A model generated the notes under the pieces. That model searched no databases and had not been told where the DNA came from. It was given only the letters and a program-made list of their open reading frames with translations. DNA of 64,000 nucleotides from Schmidtea polychroa (lineage: Eukaryota). Below, one piece after another: positions 25,271 through 36,760 of the stretch. Every line of letters begins with the position of its first letter. The first letter of the stretch is position 1. A program made the position numbers and the translations under genes. The DNA is taken from the NCBI GenBank assembly GCA_044892525.1, contig CM097885.1, positions 200,384,001 to 200,448,000 of the forward strand, written 5' to 3'.

Positions 25271-26745
25271 TGTTGGTTACTTAGGGGTGTATCATTTTTA
25301 CATTTTAAAATGCGTTAGGGGTAATCATAATCGTTCGACTCTTTCCTAAGCACCTCCATGACTATTGAAATTTAAACCATTTGTGTACCCATGGTGACGA
25401 CCATGTTGGTACTGTACACAAAGGCGAAAAAACAATGAGCAGGTGAGCTCTATTACTAAAACTACTCCCCACTGTATTTTCTTTTCGAGTTCTAGACTGC
25501 CGATAGAAGGTCTTACGTCATTATTCACTATGTATGCTGTTTTTAGATCATTTGTGGTCCTCAATTACGGATATTTCCTATTGCTCTCTTACAAAAATTT
25601 TTCGCATGGATCCGCCCTTATTTTCCAGCTAATAATTATTATTCTACACTTCCTACAATATCTAAATTATCCTTTGAAAAATTTGAGCAGGGATCTGCCT
25701 GTATTCTCAGTCCTAACCTACATTTGACCACAGTACTTCCAGCGATAGGACCCGTGAGGAAGCCCCCACATTCCGGCCCAAATCCAGCTGCGCGATTGAA
25801 AAACCAGCATACCCACCAGTCTGAGCATCCCGAAGGTACCTCAAACCATGATATGCTGAATCTCAATTCAGCGGTACTAACGTTCGTAATCAGTTAGTAT
25901 AAAAATTGAACACAATAAAAATTATTATTTCATACCTACAACTAAATGAAATTAAACAATTAAAAGAAAATAACAAAAGAAAATTTAACTAAAAATTTTA
26001 TTGCATATTAAATTAAATCATCTCGTAAAATTACTACAACAATAAAAAATAAATTACCAAATCCACGTTGGCATAAAATCGAAAACTGAGAGCTTCACTG
26101 TCTGCAACTAAATTTTGATGTTAGAGAAAAAGTTGTCCCCTTAAATGAATTTGTGATCAGTATTTATACTGATTTTTCATGCATTTGCTGCCACTCTATC
26201 CAATCAGAGTGCGAGAAATTTTTAATTAGTCTTGCATACATGCATGAGTGTGTGCAATTGTTTATTTGTTTTAATTCAATAAATTTAATTAATTTCTTAT
26301 TTAATTTTTATTAATTTTAATTTTATAAATTTTATAATTTAAATAATTTGAGTTATATTAATTTTTATTAATTTAAACATTTTTATTCTTTAAATTTAAT
26401 AAGTTGAATAACCATTTAATTCTATAAACTTTACAATTTATATAATGCTAACTAATTTTATTATTTTTGACGATTTAATTTTTATATTGTTTAAATAATT
26501 TTCAACTAATTCTATTTTATATTTTATTATTTTTCTATTTAAATTTTTAAGTGTTGAATTTTTTGTTAAATTTATTTATCCCTTATTCTATTATACGGGG
26601 TTTATTGGTTCTTAATGTGTGATGTAATTTATTTCATTTATTATAAATTAAACCTTGGTCATAAATTTTCCAACTTTGCGGTTTTTGTGTTAGGTATTTT
26701 TCGATCGATTAAAACAAACTCTCAGTTCTCGGCTTCAGCCCAACA
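25271..26745 (-). repeat. LTR (1475 bp) acting as 5' LTR of the gag-bearing unit
   Basis: Near-identical to 11613-13087 and followed (minus strand) by the PBS. Confidence 0.93.
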
Positions 26746-27068
26746 AATCACTCCGGGACCCTTTAAAATTGCGTCCCGCAATTCTGTTAGACATATGAAT
26801 TTCCCAGGTCATAGTCTATTACATTCCCATTAACCTATAAACATACTATTATAGCTTAAGACATGTTAGAATTCAATTAGCAGAAAAAGGTCTAAGCTCA
26901 AATTCAAGCAGTTGCCACATACAGTGACTGGTCATAATACATATACATACTGATACAGTGTCCAAACTCAAGTACGAGTCATATGCAAAAGTTTTATTTC
27001 TGGATAAATTCATCAGTTGGTTGTTTCTCTCGTTTCTGGGCTCGGTTTTCGATCTGTTGAATTTTTCG

Positions 27069-27265
27069 AAGTGTTGAATTTTTTGTTAAATTTATTTATC
27101 CCTTATTCTATTATACGGGGTTTATTGGTTCTTAATGTGTGATGTAATTTATTTCATTTATTATAAATAAAACCTTGGTCATAAATTTTCCAACTTTGCG
27201 GTTTTTGTGTTAGGTATTTTTCGATCGATTAAAACAAACTCTCAGTTCTCGGCTTCAGCCCAACA
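27069..27265 (-). repeat. Truncated third LTR (197 bp, U3 end)
   Basis: Matches the LTR end up to CCCAACA with one substitution seen; followed by the ATTA TSD. Confidence 0.88.
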
Positions 27266-27269
27266 ATTA

Positions 27270-27740
27270 TATCATCACCATTCAACAATTTTCTTTTTGA
27301 CATAAGGTCTTCCATCTAGAACACTTATAGAAAGCACGACGAGGATTAGTTTTAGTAATAAAGCTCATCTGCTCATTGACTTTCAATTATTATGTACAAT
27401 ACGAACAAAGGTATTGTCATGGGTACATAAATATGATACGAAACAGTCAAGAAACCGTTTATAGGAATATGCACCATGTAGAGAATTGACCTCATATATT
27501 CAATTTCATCTTTTCTCTCCCAAAACGCCAACCGATGTAATAATGAACATGATGATTTCTCATAATTATACTATGTAAGAAAGAAAGCTAGAGAAAAATA
27601 AGACGTAAGACCTTTTATCGTCAATCAAGATAGGAAAGAGATAGATAACGGTCACCTAATCAATAATCTTCAACCCTAGTGCCCAGATCAAGTGCAGCTC
27701 TTATGGATGTATGACGATGATTAATAGTCACTGACTTTGC
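27270..27740 (+). repeat. Two older, diverged LTR-family fragments in opposite orientation to the young element
   Basis: 27300-27430 and 27600-27660 align by eye to the reverse complement of LTR positions ~11720-11870 (tagttttagtaata-agctca-ctgctcattg; acgtaagacctt-tatcg). Confidence 0.6.
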
Positions 27741-28090
27741 AATCACTTTTGAGATCGTAAATAGATCGACCCCTGATATTTAATATTAATTATTTTTCAT
27801 TTAATAGTACTATTTTCTTTTTTATTAGATTTTTATTTTATCAAAATCGAATTAATAATATTTGAAAGATATAGTTAACATAATGATTATAAAATAAAAC
27901 AATATTAAGTTTTACTTTATTAATTTTCTTTTATATAGTATAAATAATATGTTGTTTAAATTTACGATTTTTAAGATATATTAATTTAAAATTTAAAATT
28001 TTCATCTATTTTTTATCGTAATTTTTTTCAATTTATTTAAAAATGTAATTATTTTAATATAGACTTTCTCTACTTTATTATTATTTAATT

Positions 28091-31000
28091 ATGAATAAAC
28101 AAAAAACTGTCTTCGTTCTGGTGCATACCAGTGATATGCTTATCCCATCGGGTCTTGATGTTTCTCTTGAATCTAAAAAGTCATTTCCTGCAAATCCACT
28201 AATTTATAACAAAACATTATGGAGTGCAGTATGTGAAAGTGTTTTAGAATATATCAGAATTGTTTATGATATATTTAGTATTGAAAGAGAAGTTGTTTTT
28301 TAAATATTAAAATGTTATAATATTACGATAGATGGCCTTGATAGTAGCTGATTCCAAAGAAAAAATTTGTATTTCTACAAACGATAAATGTCAGCAAACA
28401 TGGCGTAGTGTATGCATGATTCTTTTTTAATTTTTAGTAATTGTGGTGTAATATAGTGGATGAAAGTTCTTTCCGAAATAGGTTCTCCTTCAAATGCTAC
28501 ACCAAGCTTGTTACCATCTATTTTACCCGGTTTTAACTCAATAAAATCTGTATTGGAATTAAAATCAGAAAATGATTATCCGAACATTGGTCGAGTTATT
28601 GTTTTAGGATACAAAATGGGGTAAAAGTTTAATATTTAAAGTTTAATATTTAATTTAGCTGCATACAGCGAGAATGTCATACAATGGGTTGATGACGTGA
28701 ATACTGCCATGAATTCCGAGACCATATTAGGCACATCGTGAGTACAAATTGAAAATCTATCAACCGTAATTGTTTTAAGTAGCAAATTAGTTTCTGAAAG
28801 TGAATGGTATTTTATCGATGTTGAGCCGGTATTGGAAGGTGTAACAGGAAATGAAACTCCAATTCTCATAACTGTAAGTTCAAATACATAATTCATCCAA
28901 TGCTTTAATTTTAATAATAAATAAATAATGTATACAGATTTTACTATAAATTAAACAAACCAATAATTAATTCTTAATGAATTTTTGTGAATATTTTATC
29001 CTGTAATCTGATTGGTTTACGTGATTGGTTGATTTTTTATTTTTTATTCCAATCAATTTTTTCGATTTTTGAAGGATTTCACACAATAGTAAAATTGTTG
29101 ATTTAAAAATTTCTAATAATATAAATTGGGAAGTTAATTGATAAACATTAATTTAGACAGAAAAATCAAGCCAGCATAAACTCTATCGACAGACTGTAAT
29201 GGCTAACAGGGAATTACACCGATCTCTAATGTCATTGTGTGAACAGCAACATGAATTGGCTTGTATTCTTGTGCAAAACATTCCCATGAAGGAGGATACC
29301 AACAATACTCAAAGCGCTATGTATGGGGTGGAATTGATTCACCCTAGAGCTGCACTCGATCATATTGTACAGGCTGGATTGCTTCCTCTCATGACCATGG
29401 CTCATCGTCCTTACTGTGGTTTCTCTAGCTGCATTGGTATTCGATGGGTTACACCCAAACAAACCCAAGATATTGGTGAGTATAGCTTATGCCACCCTCC
29501 CACCCTCCCCATTATATCCACTAGAAACAGAGTCCGATACAAATGAACCAAGCAAAGCGATGGTTATTGAAAGGCAAACGAATAAATTGTGAATTTAACA
29601 AGTATAATATCGCCATTATTTATTTGCACTTTCCAAAGATTTTTCGGTTATGCACAAGCAACCCTGAGATAACCTTGCCTTAATAGGGGGTCCCATTAAA
29701 TCCAATCGCAAAATAGATGTTGCGATTGAAATAGATTTATAAATGGGAAAAGTCCAATAAGGTTACATGTTGGTAAGTGGGTGATCCATTTTATCGACAT
29801 TAGATCAGTAATGGCAATCTCCATAGAAACCAGACCCCATCCAATTTCTGTGGGGTTGAATTATCGAATATTTTATAATTTCACTACAAATCTAAATGGA
29901 ATTATTAGATTATTACAACACGAAAAGTGTATATCGAATCACAACTGCTGACGTTTGTCATCGAGCTTCATGCTGTCTTGCTAATTTCGTACTGGAAGGT
30001 AAGTCTAAGGAAAATAGATGTGGTTGGTTTATAAAAATCTCATAGGGCGTAGCGTGGTTTTGGAAATCGATCACAGTTTGATACCAATAGGCGCACCGGG
30101 TTTGCCTGAACCGAAATATGAATTGCTCCTATTAACAAGTCACAGTGGACTGTTGCATGTACACACATTGAGTGCCCACCGAGACCCGATATTTCCCACC
30201 GCAGATTCGCTTAATAAAATGCCTATGATTTCTGAATTGGCCAATAAAAAGATCTCCAATAAGCTCCGTATTGCGGATTTCAGTCAATTTATTATGTCCA
30301 ATCGTCTGGTGCCTGCAGCTCCACAGTCATCGTTTCTACCGATGGAACGGGCTCTCAGGGAAATCGAGCAACATACGAGATATTGGCCAGAACTGACAAT
30401 CGATACACTCGTGTTCAATAAGGTGATTTACTTTCATCATCGTCATCCTCATTGTTCCTTCTAGCCTCTGATGCCAAAAATCGCGGAAATTCTAGCTAAG
30501 AAACATTTGGATTTTTCAGAAAAGAGTAATTGCATTGGATTCTTACAGCAAATGATTTTCGATCAGAGTAATGCTGAAAAAACCTCAAAAAAAACCGGGT
30601 AAATGATTTTTCTTCAAAAATTTAAACTCCCCTTAGTTACGCTTTAAACAAAATCAACCAATTTCTCAAATTTTAATATTTAACGCTTCAATATAACTTC
30701 AATATAAAGTGAAAAATCAATATTTTAATATCATCATTAGAAAAAAAATTAAATTTCTTAATTATAAAAATTTTTGCACCCTTCAAATTGAAAATAAAAT
30801 TTTATACTATTTCATATTTTGGCAAGTTTGCACAAAATTGATCAATAAATTATGTGAGCCCCTGACGTTGCCATTAGTTACTGGGTTTAGCAACAGATGT
30901 CCCTTGTTCCATGGTCAAGTCGGATTATTGATTTTTAAGTGAAATTTTACATTTTTGTTTTATCTGCTATTGTGCGGTGGTTTGGGATTTTCAAAAAAAT

Positions 31001-31943
31001 ATATAGATAATGACGTCACATATTTTTACTGACAGCAACCTTTTCTTATCCCATTCTAACGAAAAATTTTCAAAAAGACAAACATGACTAGAAAAAGACT
31101 CTGAGATTTTAAAAAAATTTCTCTTTTCAAAACATGGAGACAAGTTACAAGACCTACAACTTTACTGACCGTGTTTTGTTCGAAATTTCATTGGATAATG
31201 GTAAAAAATATTAAAAACAATTATTTTGTATCCTCAATGGTGCCAGGCCCGGATGATTTGAGATATTTCTCTTTTTTTCATCAAACAATAACAAATTTTC
31301 AAGAATATTCATAAATTTAGAACTCAAGACTCAAAAATATTTAAAACAGAATTGGAACTCGTTCTTTTCTTGTATCAAGATCGATCTCCTGCACATAAGG
31401 AAATACTGGATTCGTTTGAGGTGTTTGGAAGTAGTCTTAAAGGCCTAGTTGATATTGGTTCTGTTTTAACATCGTCCGATGAGAATCATGCATCGATCAA
31501 TGCCGGTTTATCGAAGCTTGACAAATTGCTGAAAGATAATGGGATGCTATTGAAAACATTTACCCAATCAATGTTAGTATAATCTCAACAATTCTATGCA
31601 ACTCTTGACTGGATATCTTTATTCAGAGATAAAGCAGCTGGTGTGACAAATGTAAATAAAATTTCATCGAGTTCCGTGAAAAATCATTTCACATCAAGAA
31701 AACAGCAAAGACGACCAGAGCAAGGTTGAGTTTAAATTTCTGCTGTAAATGCGTTTACTAATTGATCAATATTCCGATTCAGGCACTCTAACACTTAGAG
31801 AGGTTCTTTCATTGGCCGCAGATAATGCACCATTTCCCAAACGCAAGAAATTCGATGGGGAACTGTGTGCTGTCGATAACATCACAGAATTATATCCACC
31901 GAGTTTGCCACCGTCGTTTTCAGTTGATCCTAGAAAGGAATAA
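28091..31943 (+). CDS. INTS13: Integrator complex subunit 13 (asunder), multi-exon
   Basis: KTVFVLVH, KTLWSAVCESVLEYIRIVYDIF, LIVADS, GRVIVL, QQHELACILVQNIPMKED, RWVTPK, YRITTADV..RASCCLANFVLEGRSVVLE, RIADFSQF..NRL, PMERA..IEQHTRYWP and ELY match INTS13 blocks in order; GT-AG introns e.g. 28292-28331. Some internal junctions are approximate. Confidence 0.88.
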
Positions 31944-32256
31944 AATTCCATTTTCTGTAATATATTTATGTATATGTTATCGCGTAGAAAGTTTTGTTTT
32001 AAGTGTTATGTTACCTGTTAATATAAATTTCATCGATGATCGTGTACTAGGACTTAGTTGACTCTGGGTGTCAATTATGTTTTACAGTTGAAGGATTTAC
32101 ATGGTTATCATCAAATTCATTTTTCATTAACCGGGATAGTCATATAAAAATGTATAATGCTTTTATTCAGGTGTTCTTTGTATACAGATTTTACGTTACA
32201 CACGAGGTCAGATACGACGTAGGAGATTAGACTTGTCAATATATTTCACCTCAAAA

Positions 32257-32700
32257 TTACGAAATAGATAAAATCACTGATGCGTATCGACTCTTGACAA
32301 ACATCAAATGACGACCGCCATTTTGGTAATTTACACAGTCGTTGGGAGTCAGGAGACAAGTGAGCTTCTTATTTTTAAGCTGCTCTCTCTCCCATATTCT
32401 AATGGGTTCGCGACTGCCGATGGAAGGCCTTACATTAAGAATATAATTAGAAATTGGGTTAATATCTAAATGAGTCAAATGCAATTATTCTCGCTAGCTA
32501 TCAAATTCCTCTAAATACTTATGCAAACTGGACTCAAGAACTGAAAAATCTATATTTCAAACAAAGTTTAAATTAAAATACGAAATCAAGGAAAAACTCC
32601 ATACACATGAAATAAGAATAATTTCACAGAATAATTAAAAATACAAATAAAAATTAATAAGAAAATTAGTTAGATATTCACAAAGAAAGTCAAATGTGTA
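32257..32700. repeat. Old diverged fragment of the same LTR family
   Basis: Shares gtgagct and gactgccgat-gaagg-cttac blocks with LTR positions 11785-11860. Confidence 0.55.
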
Positions 32701-33417
32701 AAGTAAAAGTAGAACTAGGTAGACTATTGTCAGATTGCTTAATGTCGCCTTGGATTGGGATTTGAATTGGCTTTTTTTGGATGATTAATTTTTTCATTTT
32801 CCCTTCGAGGAAATATTTATTCTATATTTACTTGGCCCTGCCCAATAATATTTTGATCACACAAACTTATATGCCCTTGTCATTCTTTAATCATTATTCA
32901 TATACTTTTTTTCCAGTTTGAATTTGCAAACATATTTACAACAATGTTAATAGCCAAATTGTAACAATACATTTATATACACTCAAATTTACATACATTC
33001 TACAATCGAACATTTAAATCTACCTCGTGTGACATAGTTGGATTCGAGTTGGATGTGGGATATTAATTAATAAGTTTTCCCACTTAATTAATGAGACACA
33101 TTTTCCAACCTTTTCTTCATTTCAAGTTAACTTACAAAATTTTCTGTTGTTGTTTAGCCTATAGTTATTTTTATCCAAACATTCCTTTTATAGATTATTG
33201 CCTGTAGTTTCTAATAAATATTATTATGATATTATTTTTATTTTTACATTATTTTATTATTAAATACATAAGTCAATTTTTTAGAAAACAATATTGTCAT
33301 GAAATAAAGTAATAAACACAAGAATTATCAAAATTGGCTTTTTAAATATTATTATTGATTGTTAAATAATTTTTTAATAAAAAATTAATGTTTTAATATT
33401 CTATTCATATTTTTGAA

Positions 33418-34807
33418 ATGAAATTAAATGATGATAATTTAAGAAGTTATGAATGTTTTAAATGTTTCAAAGATAATTCCGACAAAGTTAATGCAATCAA
33501 TTTTACTTCAAATGGAGAAAAATTAATTTCTTCTAGTCAGGATGATTCAATAAATGTTTATGATGTTATTAATGGAAAGTATATTTTATTAATCAAAAAT
33601 TGCCAAATTTATCTGTTTAAGGCATTTACAAACAATATACAGTAAAAAATATGGAGTTGAAATGATAAAATTTACACATTGTTCCACAGCAGTCATTCAC
33701 GCGTCAAATAAAGTTGATGGTAAGCTTGAATAAAAAATTTTTTGATTTAATTTTTTTAAAAATAATTTTCATAGATATTAATTAACAATTCTTAAGTTTG
33801 CATGAAAGAATAATTCTTATTTATTTCTTATTTAAAGTTATCAAATCATTTATACATTGTCTCATATTAACTGTATAAATTCTAGATAATTTGAGGTATC
33901 TTTCATTGCATGATAATAAATACATCCGACTCTATCCTGGTCACACTAAAAAGTTATATGTTATTTGTTTAGTTAATTTATTTTAAAAATTCTAACAGAG
34001 TTACCAGTTTATCAATGTCTCCTACAAATGATACATTTTTGTCAGGTTCTTTAGACAAAACTATCCGTTTGTGGGATTTGCGTACTGCAAATTGTCAAGT
34101 GAGATCTTTTGGTTTGATATTGATTATCGCTTTTATAGGCCCTCATGCAATTACCCGGCAAGGGATTGGCTGCTATCGATCCAGAAGGATTGATATTCTG
34201 TGTCTGCATAAGCTCAGATACCTGTAAATTATATGATTTAAGAACCTTTGAACAAGGCCCATTTCTAACGTTTTCTCTTCCTCCGTTGCATCACGAAGGA
34301 AACCGAGTCGATATATCATCTTTAAGATTTTCTCCAGACGGAAAAATGTTACTTTTGAGTGGGGCGGGCACACAAATCGCGCTTTTGGATTCATTCACCG
34401 GAAGATCTCTACATCAACTTCAAGTAATAATTGATTTCTGAAGAGAATTCCATGATAATGATGGCTCTCAGATTCTCGGCACGAATTCCACTCAGGTTGA
34501 CATTAACGCGTGTTTTACTCCCGACAGCCGCTATATAATGGCCGGTAGTCCCGAGGGCCGACTGTATATTTGGCGGGTTTCAAATGCTCAACGCGTCACT
34601 TTATTGCAATCTAGTGAAGGTGGAACATCTGCTGGTGGCTTTAACGCTTCTGGCAAAGCTGGCACGATCTCCCCGCTCAATATCGGCGCATTAGAATGCA
34701 ACCCACAATTCTCCCAGACCGCTGTCGGTCAGATACAGACGAGCATTTGGATGCCGCAAATGAATACAGATACTCCAGTCGAGGCGGCAATTGATAATAT
34801 CGAGTGA
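33418..34807 (+). CDS. WDR82: WD repeat-containing protein 82 (Swd2), 6 exons, 348 aa
   Basis: Exons 33418-33578, 33622-33719, 33886-33952, 33999-34098, 34139-34423, 34472-34807 join in frame (1047 nt). Motifs [59 protein letters not shown]. Introns 43, 166, 46, 40, 48 nt. Confidence 0.95.
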
Positions 34808-35021
34808 TTTGATTGGTTAATAGATATTTTCTGTTGCTATCATCATCATAATTATTGTTGTTTGTAAATGTTTGCAATTTTATTCAATTTTATATTGCTA
34901 CGTATTAATAACCTTATTTCGTCCGAGACATTTAGGGAATGGAGGAATTCTTGTTAATCTCATGGTATTCATATAGTTCTTTCATATGGCAATTACGTGA
35001 AGTGTGATGTGGAGGAAAACC

Positions 35022-35360
35022 GCTTTGGTTTATGCATGGTGGCTTGACGCCTCATTATTCGACGTTTGTGCGAAATTGACTGAATGGTAATTTTGAATAT
35101 TGGATTGGGTGAAGAGGCACCATGGAATGATCGGCAAGGTCCCCTGACTTGACTTCAATGGATTTTTATTTTTGGGTCCACCTCAAACATAGTCTACTCT
35201 ACAAGAATTGCAAATGTCGACCATCTTCACCAGCAGATAATTCGTGGGTGCAATCACATAGATGGAAACGGCGATTCACCTGATAAAGTTTATGGAGATT
35301 TCGAACATAGACTGCAATAGTGCATCAACGCAAATCTCGAACATTTCGAGCATTTTTGGT
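35022..35360 (+). pseudogene. Tc1/mariner-superfamily transposase remnant
   Basis: LWFMHGG..PHY..VRN*LN..WIG*RG..*SARSPDLTSMDFYFW.HLK / VYSTRI..: decayed QDGAPPH and PARSPDLTP.DF.LWG motifs with stops and a frameshift. Confidence 0.8.
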
Positions 35361-35915
35361 TGTACCAGAATGTACAACGTGTTTCTTAGTTCATTAGTTA
35401 AGCTTAGTTTTAATAAAATAACGTTTATTATTATCAGAATTGTTTTAAATTCTTTGGTGTGCGACTTATGGCAGAGAAAAATATGGTTTGTTCTACTATC
35501 TCACATCAAGCCGACTTCGTATGATTTTCGCAAAAATACACTATGTTTAGTTTCACTTTGGCTAATGGCATTTGTGAATGCGTTACAACGTATCAATTTA
35601 ATACTTGCGTTGATGTAGTGCTTCTTCCAGAAATAGTTTATTTGACAATAATCAACATCACTTATAAATTTGCGACAATATCATTTTCAATTTCAAGGCA
35701 ACTGGACGGATGATTATTATTATATTCTGAATAAATTTCCTGTATCTTTTCTATACAATGAATTTGTACCCAGTAAAAAAGAATACAACTTGAAGAAACT
35801 TTACTTCGAGATATCCAGATCACTTGAAATTGATAGATAACTATGAAAAGATAAACACAAATGCTGAATAAGTGCTTGCATATTCAACTACCAAAGAAGC
35901 CAAACACAGCATTAA

Positions 35916-36580
35916 CCACTTACCTCTTTAAAAATGAAAATTTGTGGTAAAAAAAAACTATAATTTTTATATTGCATTTTCTGATAGATTATGATGCATA
36001 TAGATGGAATATTTCCCAAAATGAAAAAAAATGTTTATTTGAAAAATTATAACATTGAGGTTCAAGGGGTTCAAAACACCATTCGCGAAAGGAACTAACT
36101 TCATCTTCCTCATCACTAAGTTCACTCTCTGCATTACTGCTGTCATAATCACTACCTAACTCGTCAAAATGTATTTCATCTTTTGAACTAGATTGAAACA
36201 CTTCTTCATCATTCATCATCGTAAAATTTTTAAAATAAATAACGTATAAACAAGCTGAAATAACATACAAGAGAAGAACAGTAAATTACGTAACACTCCT
36301 CCCACAAGTAGCAGCGAAGCGTGTCTAATTAGTCAAATTTTGATGAGAGATTTCATTCATATATAAACCGACAACCAATCCTTTTCTTCCACTAACTTTG
36401 ATTGGTTGACGCACGATAATTAACGCCCACAACGTAAAACTACGACAATTCATTTATTAGACCCGCAGAGTTACGGTATTCCCCATAGACTCAATGGTAT
36501 AAAGTGCGTAAAATTACGTCACAAATTCTATTTCAACCACATTTTTTTGACGTTAATTTACGTCGATTCTCGTTAAGTGG
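35916..36580 (-). mobile_element. Probable internally deleted piggyBac (665 bp)
   Basis: TTAA at 35912-35915 and 36581-36584; short CCACTTA inverted ends; acidic N-terminal transposase-like frame (35989-36270). Confidence 0.5.
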
Positions 36581-36760
36581 TTAACAAAATCAGGTTTGTG
36601 GTAACACATTTGGTGAAGAATTTATAAAAGAATTTTTACTGGATGTTCCAAATGTTGGTCACTTAGGAGTGTGTCAGTTTATTTTTAAATGTGTTAGGGG
36701 TAATTGTAGATGTTAAATATACTTCTTTCTAAGCGTCTTCATGACTATTGTACTTTAGAC

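Larger units (their letters stand above)
11613..27265 (-). mobile_element. Composite LTR retroelement (partial LTR - 310 bp internal - LTR - 12.2 kb internal - LTR), gag-only
   Basis: TGTTGG...CCAACA termini; 4-bp TSD ATTA at 11609-11612 and 27266-27269; PBS; gag on the minus strand. Confidence 0.88.

Noticed and set aside
35022-35200. Repeated TGA at Trp-like positions suggesting a TGA=Trp genetic code
   Set aside because: WDR82 ends at a TGA and intact genes use TGG for Trp; ordinary decay explains it.
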